From the NCBI GenBank assembly GCA_965203295.1, contig CBDBCZ010000015.1, forward strand, positions 416,001-480,000: 64,000 bases of DNA, in the 5' to 3' direction. The notes under the pieces are model-generated. The model was given only the letters and a program-made list of their open reading frames with translations, ran no database searches and was not told where the DNA came from. A program made the position numbers and the translations under genes. Source of the DNA: Nitrospirales bacterium (GTDB lineage: Bacteria; Nitrospirota; Nitrospiria; Nitrospirales; UBA8639). Of this stretch, positions 14,568-26,600 are shown piece after piece. Each line of letters starts with the position of its first letter. Position 1 is the stretch's first letter.

Positions 14568-15060
14568 TTTATTACCAGCCAGAGCGTGCAGAGCGCGTGC
14601 AGAGCGCGCGCAGCACGCAAACGGCTGGTACTAAGATTGCTTTACGTTTGGTACTAAGATTGCTTTACGTTTTCCGCGTGTGTTTGTTTGTTTGTCTGTT
14701 TGTGTGTCCGCACTTATCACGTGCATAATATATTACATCATACGTTATTATGCAACTGCAGTGTATAGCAGCTTTTGGAGGTTTGCAGGCCAAGCTACAG
14801 CAAATGAAGGTAGTTTTGTGTTGCCTAGATGGCGAAAACGTGGTAGGTAGCCATAAAAATCCTGGTTTATTGGCATATAGCTAGTAACTGGAGGCGCATG
14901 GCGAAACTGCTGAGTCAGCCTTTTCGCTGTACCGCTCTAGGAATATAGTATCTCTGGCTCTACAGCTGTAGTTTAATAGCTTGGCCTAAGCTGAGTTGTG
15001 TGGATTGTATGGGAAAGGTGTCCGGCTGGTTTTTTAGGCATGAAATGTCAGACTTGTTTT
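14568..15060 (+). mobile_element. Helentron/DINE-like non-autonomous element
   Basis: T-rich start TTATTACCAGCC, nearby inverted copy GGCTGGTA, (GTTT/GTCT)n microsatellite, second subTIR GGCTGGT at ~15024-15030. Confidence 0.5.
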
Positions 15061-16248
15061 TCTAAATAATAGGAATAGGGTAGCCATACAGTACAGAGTA
15101 AAAATTTAACCATGGATAATATAGACACGTAAACGTGTCTATGATTTAACTCCCAAGTTTAGAGAAATAGTGACTCTAAAGTATTTTTGATCTCACTTAA
15201 CATGTGAAGCTTATGTGTCGTGTGACATAGTTAATCGCAAGCGGCATGAAACTGCCACCACGAACTGTCTGACAACGACAATATGGCCATGCATTCACAG
15301 ATTTGTAGCGACCCAGTTCATTAAAGCCTATGAGCAAGTTCAGTATACACGCTATCTACGTACATGTAGCACCAAATTTTGCAGGTCTATGAATCACGTA
15401 GTTCAATACCACAGATGTTTTGAGAGAATTAAAGATTGTGCCATAATTTTAATTTACATGTGTAATACTATTTACGTAAACATATCAATATTATACTCGT
15501 GTTCAATTAATATTGTGCGTGAATTTAACAGGGTGTGTCCAATCAGCCATTAATTGACTGGTCTCCCTGGAAGTTCAGCATGGAATTCAACAATACCCAA
15601 TAAGATACTATGGCACTGATTCTGTGGTCCCTACTAATAAGGAGTTCATAATTTTACGGTAATACCACACTCACCTCCATACTCTCCAAGTTCCTGTGTC
15701 CTTCCGCTCTTTTGATCTTTCAGTGAAGGGGATGCGGCTAGCCTAGAGTTCTGAGATGTAGTCTCGCGGGCCAGACTTTGCGAGACTACTTGAGATGGGG
15801 CAGTGTACGTTACAGCCATGCACAGCTGCGGGGCCCCGAGATCTAGATCGCGGTCTAGAAATCAAGTGCCACGTGCGGATCCGCGGTTCGGAAATTGCTA
15901 GCGAAGCCATGCTGCTGCGAGAGTACAACTCCAGCTAGCGCGTGGTGTCGACCTCAGCGCGAGATACCGTATCACCATGATTTGCAGGCTTTGTTCTGAC
16001 ACCGTGCCCTGGGGGGCTAGTCGTATTGCATGCTGGCAGCTAAAAGGAAGCCTTGTCTTCGATGCGCTGAAAACGGAGCAAGGTACGTATGAGCATGCTC
16101 TATAATTTATCTATTAGTACACTACGCAATAAGATGAGAATGCAAAATAGGTTACGCACAGCCATTGCCTATTCGCTGTACATGTACTTTTACAGGTATC
16201 TTGCAACATGCACTTGCAAGGCCTCTAGACCACACGTGTTCAGGTATT

Positions 16249-16657
16249 GGGCTATTCCATTTTATACCCGTACACCTCCTATGGATGACAAAATTTCACA
16301 AAGTGGTTTTGTCCAGGGTACCAACGAGACATTTGTCCGGGGTTCTTTTTGAATATTGGGATGTGTCCAGGGGTCAAAATCGCCATGTCCAGGGGGTGCT
16401 ATACAGAAAAAAGTGTGTCTAGGGGGTTCAGCGAATAGTAACACTATTTCATTCTTCTTGTCCAGGGGTTCACTGTGAAATCCAAGTTGTCCAGGGGTAA
16501 GAAATTATTATGTCCAGGGGTAACATCAAAAACCATACGCGTCCAGAGGTCAAAATCTCAGTATCCGGGGGCAAAATTATAGAAAAATCTTGTCCAGGGG
16601 ACAAAAGGCGAAAGTTGTCATCCATAGGTGGTGTACAGTTATAAAATGGAATAGCCC
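16249..16657. mobile_element. PIF/Harbinger-like MITE
   Basis: ~40-bp TIR GGGCTATTCCATTTTATA...CCTATGGATGACA; 3-bp direct repeat ATT on both flanks; internal TCCAGGGG subrepeats. Confidence 0.75.
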
Positions 16658-18249
16658 ATTCAGCAAACAACATAATGAATGTGATTAAGCTTATCATAAT
16701 TGCTGTAGCGTATGCAATCATAGAGCTAGCTAGTCAAAAGGTGTACATCCATATCTCATTTTTATGATGAGAGTAGAGTAGAAGAGCTAACCTTCCTTCT
16801 ACTTTATTCTCCATAGAATGATCACTGCATCGATTCGCTCAGAGCGTCTGGCCAGAGGGGGGAGGGGGAGGCTGGCAACAAGGCTAGTACGGTAAGCTAA
16901 CTGCTCATAATTATTATAGCACAGAGTGTGAAAGATGTTTCTGGGAGCAAATTTTTAATAGTTTATAACCACTAAAGTAAGGTAGTCTCACTCAAGAAAT
17001 TCGCTAGCTTATTGAAAGGAAAGTGCTTGGATTATAGTACCACAATGCCCTTTTTCACCAAATTTTTTGTGAGTTATGCCTTCATTCAGACCAGTGCAAC
17101 ATCGTGTCTCGAGTAAGACATTCTGGCTTTACTTTTATTGTGAAATATGCTGTATGGTGGACTAGATTATTCCAGCGATTAAACTTAATCCCCGTTTCTT
17201 GTTTGTGTCCCAACTGAATGGAGGAAGTCATGTTTGCACTGCAGCATCGGGGGGCTCACTCCCCAAATGCAGGAATTCATGTTTTTCTATTGCAAGCGCC
17301 AAATTCTGGGGGAGGTCTGGGATTGAGTACGCACTGCTGTATATTTTATGTGTGTGTGTAGCCTTGTTCCCAGTCTCCACTCTCCAGCTTTTTTGCACAC
17401 TGGAAAAAGTTAGTGAGGAGTGGAGACTGGGAACATGGCTACATAGTGTGTGTGCTAAAAGTACATCCCACCATGAGACAATTTAAGACTTCCTTAATGC
17501 TGCAGTGTTACCATGTTAGGACTGATTAGATGCATGTTGTGATCGTCACATTAGATGCAAATCCAGACTTGATATTAATTAATGCATGCCTAGCTTGGCG
17601 CTGAGAGCGAAAATAGCCTGTTTCCCAAGCCATGTATTGTTTTTGACTGCCTGGCAACACGGCTAAAAGGGGGAACCCGGTTGTACGTGGGTGGGCTCCA
17701 GGATCCAAATGAGTACTACTTAAACACGCATTACTAACCATGCGTAAGGTTTTAGTTCTTATGACTGATTAGATGCATGTTGTTGCATGCTGTAGCAGCT
17801 TCCAAAGTGGGTGCGGTTTGTGATTCCTCTCTATAGCTCGATCTAGCTCTCCACGTGTCTCTGCGCGATGCTTCCCTGTGCATGCATATGTCTAGTAGAG
17901 CCATTGGGTGAGGACCTTTGCGCAGTATTACTATGTAGTCTTGTTAGACAAGCTCAGTCCGGTAACCAATAATGTGCATAGGGCCTGCAGTAATATTCTC
18001 ATGAATATTCGTATTATGTAACACAATACTGTTGTAACTCATCATACCAGCAGGGTTGAAAGTTTAAGTGCTGGGAATATAGCCACAAGGGAACATGTTT
18101 TATGTTTCCATGCGCATAAACATAACAGCACATGTTCTCTTTTGCCTCCATTATACAATGTTAGAACTGCCCTGAAAGCTAGGATAGTTAATGGTCAATT
18201 ACTTATACTATGTTTCAGGGACTATTATGTTTAATTATTGTACACTTTC

Positions 18250-18475
18250 AGGGAAAGTCCATTAATAGCCAACACAAGGGTAAAAATGATAACAGGCAGT
18301 GTAAGTTATGTGGGGAAGAATGTGAGAGTGTAGTACATGTGCTCTGGCAGTGTCCTGTGTATGATACCATTAGAAATCTTTTGAGGGGGGGGGGGGGGAG
18401 GAGCTCTGAAGAGTTTAGTACGCTCAATAATTTTAAGAAAACAGCCTCTGTTTTTAGGGTGTGAGATTTGGGACC
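18250..18475 (+). mobile_element. LINE 3' fragment
   Basis: CKLCGEECESVVHVLWQCPVYDTIRN, same family as the other LINE copies. Confidence 0.75.
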
Positions 18476-19486
18476 TCTCATTTCAAAGAATACATTATGG
18501 TTGGACCAGGCAGCATGACAGCTGAGAGCTGACAGCCAGCAAATTGTTGATAGTGCCCAACTTGTACCGCAAAACAAGTCAACTGTACACCACAAAACTA
18601 GCTACTTGTACATAAAATAGGCTGGGATGGGCCAAACAAGGAGTAATGTGGGCACAACATATTTAGGACACATGGCCAGTGTGCGCAGGGGAAAAAACAC
18701 TATCACTTAAAAAACCTCAACATGTGAGGAAAAACAGTGAGGTGAAAAAACCAAAGTAAACAAAACCTCCCAGCAACACACAGCAACACACACACAAAAT
18801 GAATGCACAATTGTCCACTCCATACGGTCTCTGGACATGCACTTGGCTTCTAGAACCATCTCTGCACTGGTGTCAACTCCATACAGCCTCCGTAGGTGCG
18901 CTCAGCATACAGAAGTCTTGCCACCAGCTCAAGACGGCTGTCAAACTCCATACGGTCTCAGTAAATGGAGGTCAGGCTTTCACAGCCCGATGTACCTCAG
19001 CAGGGAAAAAAAACACTCCACATGACTACTGTATTATATATACTCCCACCACAATCCTTCACTTCACTGCTGCTGCTGCCGAGAGATGCTCCAAGCAGCC
19101 CCAGCATAAGCTTATATACCCACAGCCCAGCCTAGTAGCAACCAGTTGGAATTTTCCGCCACACTGGCGGTTGCTTAGCTCTAGCTAACTGCACATGCAA
19201 CAATGAGAGCACATTTTCCATTTAATTCACTGCGCTCAAACAACAGAAAATATACAGGTATAATTTTAAGGCTTATTTAAGACTAGTTAAGATGTATTAT
19301 TAATCTGGATACTAAGAAGATATAGTGATCAGGATGTTGTAACATCTGATTGCTCTTCCTCTTGTCTTCTGACTGGAGATGTTACAAGCTCTGCCTGTGT
19401 ATGTGGGTGTGTGGTCAATGACATAAGTGCTACGGCAGCGACATTAGAATATTATACATACATGTAGTTATCCTACGTTTTAGGGT

Positions 19487-21190
19487 GTTCAAACATTGTG
19501 CACAACCCAGATAATTCATCTTGCAGTTATCAGTTGGGTAAAATTGCTGCAAGATAGATCTGGGCAAGAAGTCATATATGGTAGGAGGTTAGACAGCCCT
19601 TCAATGATGCAGCGTGCACATTTATTCCAAGAAACGTACGTGCATGTACATGTAGCTAGCCTGTGTAGTAATGTACTGCATGACATACGTACAATAATGT
19701 GACTTTGCAACCCCCATTACATCATAACAAAGGTTCATTGTACCTAGATAGCAAGAATGTTCCCACTTTTTATTACCAATTAGTACAAGGTTATAATAGT
19801 TTATTTTAGTAAGTGGCAATGCTATCCATGCCTTCAGCTTAGTTAGCAGAAAATTAAATATGCACACAACTTGTAGCTAGTATTGCTATGCTTATATTGT
19901 TCAATGAACATGAAAATGAAAATAAAATGTAACATTATTATACAACTATTGAGGCGATCATCCCTGCTATCTCTACACACACCACCTCCTACAATAAAAA
20001 TTTCAGGTATTTAGTGTTAACACCCCTCTAGTTTAATTATTTATATAGTAAGTATTTATTATATGCAGTTTTATTGCAGACATTGTGGTTGTCTACTTTT
20101 CCTGGAATAAGCAGGTGTTACACAATCATGTGCATTCCTTTTGGTAGTACAAGTGAGCATGTACTATCATAAGGAGTGCTCATGTAACACCCAGTTTACA
20201 AACTACTTGCCTTTTCTCCACTGTAGTCAGAGATTGTCCATTGAGTATTCACGAAATCTGTCTTTTTTTCCTTCTCCGCTCGCCAAAATAACCACTGCCT
20301 GTATGATTATCAGTAAGGCAATTTAGTGATGGTTTACTCCTTTAAGGTGCAGGGCAACTAACCTAATCCGCTTTAGACATCCAGCTAGTACTCCCCAAGG
20401 TTAATGATTCTTCGGCTTTGCACATCCACCACCTATAGATCAGATGGAGATTATTATTCTTCCAGAAATGCTGATTGTAGACTATTTTCTTACTATCAGG
20501 GCCTAGTGGTACCCCCATATGGATTGGTATCGATATCTGCTGAAAATCCAGGACATTTATCTTTTGGGAAAAATAGCAACAAATTAGCAATTTAAAATGA
20601 CTCTGTATATCTACCATACTTACTCTGCCGTACCATCCAACATTTTCTGCTCCTTTTTCTAGTATCTTTCCGTAGAGAAAGGTACTCGTACTGAGAGTTG
20701 GATGACCTATGCACATCCGTTATAATCAAAACATTACAATATGTGTGTATATGCAGAATGAGAACACTGTTTACATATCTGAGCAGTGCTTTGCTGCAGT
20801 CTGCAAGAAGGGGCACACCACCTGTTGTATATACCAAGTCATGCAAGAACCAGCAATGCCATGGTGTTAAGTTTTGTTTTGTGAATTACTAATTCATGGT
20901 CAACCTTGTCTGTAAGCCACTTTGGGGATTCCAGGTCCCTCAGGTCTCCTGTAGTGATATGGCCATATGGTGTGAGAACTGCTAGAGTGTCTCGGGGAGT
21001 CTTAGCATCTCGCCATAGAGCCTCAACCTTTACAATCAAAGAATATTACTGTGTATAGAACATTGGCATATGTAGAATTAAGACTCTCTCTGTAATACTT
21101 TCCTATGCACTATTTGGGAGCTTGTACAGCTCTAAATCTGATGATGGCAAAGTAGTTCCAGCAAATAGCTCCTTAGTTTTGTGTTCCATC
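19487..21190 (-). pseudogene. Multi-exon SENP/Ulp1 (peptidase C48)-like gene, disabled; further upstream exons probably extend to ~22050 or beyond
   Basis: Spliced fragments in C48 order: GHITTGDLRDLESPKWLTDK | VVCPFLQ | STFLYGKILEKGAENVGWYGR | INVLDFQQISIPIHMG(fs)YH*ALI | VVDVQSRRII | QWLFWRAEKEKKTDFVNTQWTIS | CARCIIEG...FTQ. There is a +1 frameshift in the G-run at 20512-20516 and a stop (20503-20505) replacing the Trp after the catalytic His. No intact QxNGxDCG motif was found. Confidence 0.65.
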
Positions 21191-23651
21191 CTGTACAGAA
21201 AATAATTGGTCATGCTTTTGACACTATCATAATTCTGTCCTCACAGGTATACTGCACAGTTCATTCAACTAAGGGAACTTGTAACCAGATACTGTGGCTC
21301 AACTACTGCAGAAAAACATACAGACCTTGCTTGTGTTCCAGATTCTCGTGAAGGCTTTCTCAGTGGGTAGGTCTTTCGCAAACCTCAGCATGGTGTGCTC
21401 ATGATAATTATTTCTCTTCACCTATTTGAGGTTTAATTCATTGGTGACCAACCAACCATCCTCATGAACCTTTCTCTCAGTGGCATGGGCAGAACTCTCA
21501 CAAACCTCAGCATAGTGGGCTCACGGGAATTCTTTTTCTCTACATAATGATTATGTTTATATCACTGGTGATCATGGCCAACCATTCTCATTTAAATTTC
21601 TTATGAAACCTTTCTCATTGGGTATGTTGGTCTTTCAGAAATTTCTCTATGGTCTACTCATGGGGATCACTGTCTTCACCTATATATTTGGATTGAGGTT
21701 TATATAATTGATGACCACTATTCTCATATCAGAATCCAATGATTTAAGAGGGCATGCAGTCTTACTGTAAACTCTGTGTGGTGTGTTCATGGGATTTCAA
21801 TTCACTTGATACATAAACATGACCAAAATAAAAATGTAAAAACAAACACTATAGTCTTATTCGAATTCTTGGTCTGACGGTGCCGGGCTTTCCTCAGAAT
21901 CCCAGGAGTACACTGATGTGCTGCGCACAACCAACTAGCTTCCTGGTGCCACCAGTTAGAACACACTGCTTTGAATAACAGCTTTAGGCACTCTAACTGA
22001 GAGGAACCAGTAGCTTGTTATGATCATGACTGACGAACTGGAATCACCCTGGAAATGAAAGTATGTAAACACGACATTAAATATAATTATGTAGAACGCT
22101 TTACCACATCAATTTCCAATATGGCAAACCGTCCAATATCCATGCAGCGATTGGACAGCTTGATGAACTGGCCATTTAGAATCATAAGCGTGCATGCACG
22201 ACAAATTTCTCATTGAATGGGTAGCTGTACAATATCACTGGACATGTACTAACATTGGACTCATCTTGCTTGCATTTGGCTTGCCCTATGGACTTACCCA
22301 AATACAGCACAGATTCGTTCAATATCCAGTGATATTGGGCGGCTACACATTGCAATAAGAAAATTAATAATATATATGTCAGCGTTAACACAAAAGCGTA
22401 GACAGCCTCATTGTAGCTACACATACATCTTTGTCAGCATGTCACAGCCATCGCAGCACTATTACAACCACTCTAATTTATACCGTTTGTCCTATTAAAA
22501 ACATACGATTTGAACAGCTAGTCTACATACCGTGCTCTCGCATTAGTCTCTTTCCCAGGCCATGCAAGTCGAACTTCTCTGACATGCGTGGCCTGGGAAC
22601 GAGGCCACATTGTACCCTCACATGCACAGAAGAGATTGGCATTACAACTGAAGCCTTCATGTGAGGGCATACAGTATACAGTGCGGATAAGCTCATTCCC
22701 AGGCTCTTCCGTATGAAAATAAAGACTTCATGTGGAAAGACACTACAAAGCAGGCATTCAGGTTTCATAAGATATAAAAAAAGTGCTATAGATATTAATT
22801 ACTTTGCACTCTTGGGCCTAGAAGGTATTGTGAAATCGTTTCAGACTACTTGGCAATGTTCTCAGTGCCTGATTCTAAGTAAGTGAAGGGTGAAAGGGTT
22901 TCTTTATGCAGGATTGAAGGAAATTTTTGAGATCGACTCATAATACAGTGACCAGTCTGTGACCTAAAAAACCCACAGCTACAGAAACTAATAGAGATGC
23001 ACCCCTACTCTAGATCTACAACGTACTTGAAAGCCAGTAACACTGTCACAAAAAGACGTTAGCATTTCTACCAGTGGGCTAGTGGTTGCCATAGTTAACC
23101 TTTGAAACCGCAATATTTAATCTAATCGACAAATTGTGTCCCATAACTGCAGTGTCCTTACTTAGCTATCCGAACTTCTACCCACCCAGGGAACGCTTGC
23201 AGGAACCTGAAAGCGATCCCTAGGTGGGTAGAAGTTGGGGATAGCCAGAACCATAGATAATATACCGGTAGCCTAACCTAGGGTGACGATATCAGAACTT
23301 CAACTTACTTGGACACCCAAATACTCAAGCGCATCACTTGGAACCCAAGTGATGCGCTTTAGTTGGAATGTAAACATAAGAGACATGTGACAGTTATGCC
23401 GTTGAATCGGCGGATCGGACCTACCTGGTGCGATGCATACATGTACTAGTAGTCCCGTGCCCGGCGCCCAGCCGGCCCGTCGCTCGCCAGCGCGCGAGGG
23501 AGGAGCGACGGTCTGGGCACGAGACTAGCATGCATACTATATATACTATACTAGTGGGCTAGTCTCGTGCCCAGACACCCACGCTACTAGGCCTATTCCA
23601 TTTAAAGCCTGCCACATCGAAGGCGACTGAGGTTCGTTCCTCATCATTAAT

Positions 23652-26600
23652 ATGGAGCAAGAAATACTACAGCGGAGGAATTTCTTATTTAATATAGTAT
23701 ATCAAAAGGCCGCCTCTTTCTATATCACCTATATTCCAAAGCCTATGCGGTGGAGTATGGAGGCAAGCCTTCTTGTAACAGTAAGTTGGAAATGATATTT
23801 TTAAAATCACAAGAACTGTACGGTCTGGATTGTAAGTAGGCTATACTATGGTATCAGTTTAGGCTGTCAGACTCTAAGTGTCCTAATGCCAGTCAGCTTG
23901 TGTGGTTTCAACATAGATATATATAGCATTCTATCTATGGTTTCAGTACCCGATATAGCCGCATGAAGGATGTTGCCGGAGTAAACTAAAGTAACTCCCA
24001 TTTGTCAACTAACAAGCTGAAGAAGTTAGTTATAGATTCTCTTGCATCTGTGGTCAGGTATTTGCCTCAAACCCAGCTGCCCCAGCTTATATACGGGGAG
24101 AAAAAGTGATACGAAAACATGGTATGCTCTATGCTCACAGAAAGTCTTCCTGTAAGGTCATTCCAACTGGTACTTTAGCTTCAGATCTTCCCATATGAGG
24201 AAGACTGATATACCAGCACTTAATATTACGTGTAGGATATTCACAGCAGCAATAGCAGGCAGAAAAAAACAGATCTCGAGGAAAGTACAAGTTTCGTTTC
24301 ATAGCTGCATGAAAGGCATGGAGTAGTTTGATGATGTCACTGGAATGTATGTTGTGAGGGAAGAAACTAGGTACCTTGCAGTGTTTACTTCTCTCTTCTT
24401 GTGCGTACACTATGGAGATGCTACAGGCTTGTATCATTACAAAATTGTGTGGTTGACCTGTCCTGCCCACTAAGTCTGGCCATGTCTCGGTACTCATTTC
24501 CTAACTTGATACTACATGTAAGTATTACACTGCTTATGTTTACCGCTACTTGGTAAAGCCTTCTGTTGAGTATTTAAAATCCCTGTTTTCAATGAAGTGA
24601 ATCCAGACATTATGGGGTGGAATCAGTACTGGTGTACCCTCCATTTTTATTTCACGAAGAAAAAATCGATGTGGAGAATGTCGTATGTGACCTAACTATT
24701 TACAGCATAAATGAGCTTAGGAAGCAATTTGTCCTAGGTCAGGGAAATATCTGGGACAGTACTCATTAAAACAGCTGAATCATACTTTGTGCAGAATAGT
24801 TTTAGAAGATGACGTAGGGTTAGGGTTAGGCTCTGGTGTAAGGTGTTTTACATTAATTATGGTGGTACTACAGATATGGCCTGCCAGTTCTCTTAGCAGC
24901 ATTTGTGATCTGTTTGTAGATGTACTCCAAAGGAAACTGGCTGGCTATGTATGTTGCCCCTGAACCGGGAACACCAGTAATATGGGTCAATGATCATGAT
25001 TGAAGGCTCCAAACACACTCTTTCTATGCTAATTCGATGTCCAAATATCGATGGTATCTAAAGATTGTGCCTGCTTCACTCCCCTGCCTTTAACAGAAAC
25101 TGGGAAAAAGTTAATTGCTCTCTATGTGTTTGTTTTGTCAGTGTCTTTTTTCCCAGGAGAGATCGACACAAAGGTTTGCAAACACTCGTTTTGATACGTC
25201 CATATGCATGCCAGGAGACATGAATGCAAGCTGCTGACCTCTTTGCTAAATGTATGATTAGACAAATGGTAGAGTGATATGCTTAAATAATGGTTTCAGT
25301 ATCACATTCTACATTATCATCAGATCAAATGCCCTGCTGTTTGTGTGTACACAAATAGGCCAGGAGAAGGCCAGGTTTTGAACCAAGGCATCGATCCAGA
25401 GTGGTCTCCTTGTATGCAACAAGAAAAGTTGATTAGCCTCACCCCCACTTACATCAGTGGATTACTTAGTGGGATACTGAAGTGCATGATCCTTAGCTTT
25501 CATGTCTGGTTAAGAACCAGATATTTTCTTGTACTAGCTGCCTGACAAGTGTAGGACTGCCCTGTGCATGGTGTAATAGCAGCTACCAACAAGAATTCTA
25601 TCTCTGACCTTTAAATGTACATTTCTTATTTTTGTTTCTGTAGGCTTTTGTAGTACTACTGTTGTGGGGATACGTACACTTCATTTTCATCCTTGATCCT
25701 AAAGACTGCTTGCAGCATGTAACAGAGCGACCACTCCCACCTGATGTTATACTGCAAGTAGAAACCTTCACGAACTCTACATTTCTATGGAATGAACGAG
25801 ATCTGACACTTTCGAAAGTGTACAGATCCATTTCTGAAGAGAACTATTCACCATACTCAAGTGATGATGAACATATTCATGATAATTTCTTGTCTGAATA
25901 TTCAGTAGCAGCTGGAGACCACATGCTTGATATTGCAGAAGCAATATATAGTATATTTGGTATTCAGAATTCCCTTTCAAATTCAGCTGCCCATGACAAT
26001 AGCTTGCATTCAGATGAGCCAACCATAGAAGAAGTGCAAAGCAGTGATGCTGTGGCTAGTAATGAAAAGTACGTATGGACCAATGAGCCACACGAAGATG
26101 ATGTTAAGGAAATTGCAAGCTCCGACTCAGTCCATTCACAGAGATATGCAGTATTTATGGAGTCCCATGCACTTTATGACCTTTTTGATATATATCGTAA
26201 GTGAATAATTGAATTACCAGATTGAATATGCATATGCCCACTGCTTAGGTACAGTCATTTCTATGCACATCAATACACTGAGTATTTGGTGTTCTTTTCA
26301 ATTATCAGGTCTCAGACTTTTATCTTTTGATTATACAATTTTGGAGTTCTCCCAGGAGCCTGGTTACCTGAGTCTGTCACAGTCAGCACGAGCTCGACTC
26401 AACATCACTACTATCAAGACATACGTTGGTGCGTATTATGGGTATGTGCATGCTTTTTATCATGTTATTAGGTTCTGTTACCATCCTAACAATTAACTAA
26501 GTGAGAATGAATAAAATTTCAACGGCGGCTAAATCCTGTAAACAACTTCCTTAGTGTAGTTAGCAAGCGGAGTCTGCTAGAGGGGGTAGTTACAATAATG

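Noticed and set aside
16310..16605. Regularly spaced TCCAGGGG repeats as a CRISPR-like array
   Set aside because: Short internal subrepeats of a TIR-bounded MITE in eukaryotic DNA; no cas genes.
24816..24830. TAGGGTTAGGGTTAGG telomere-like motif
   Set aside because: Only about 2.5 units; not meaningful alone.
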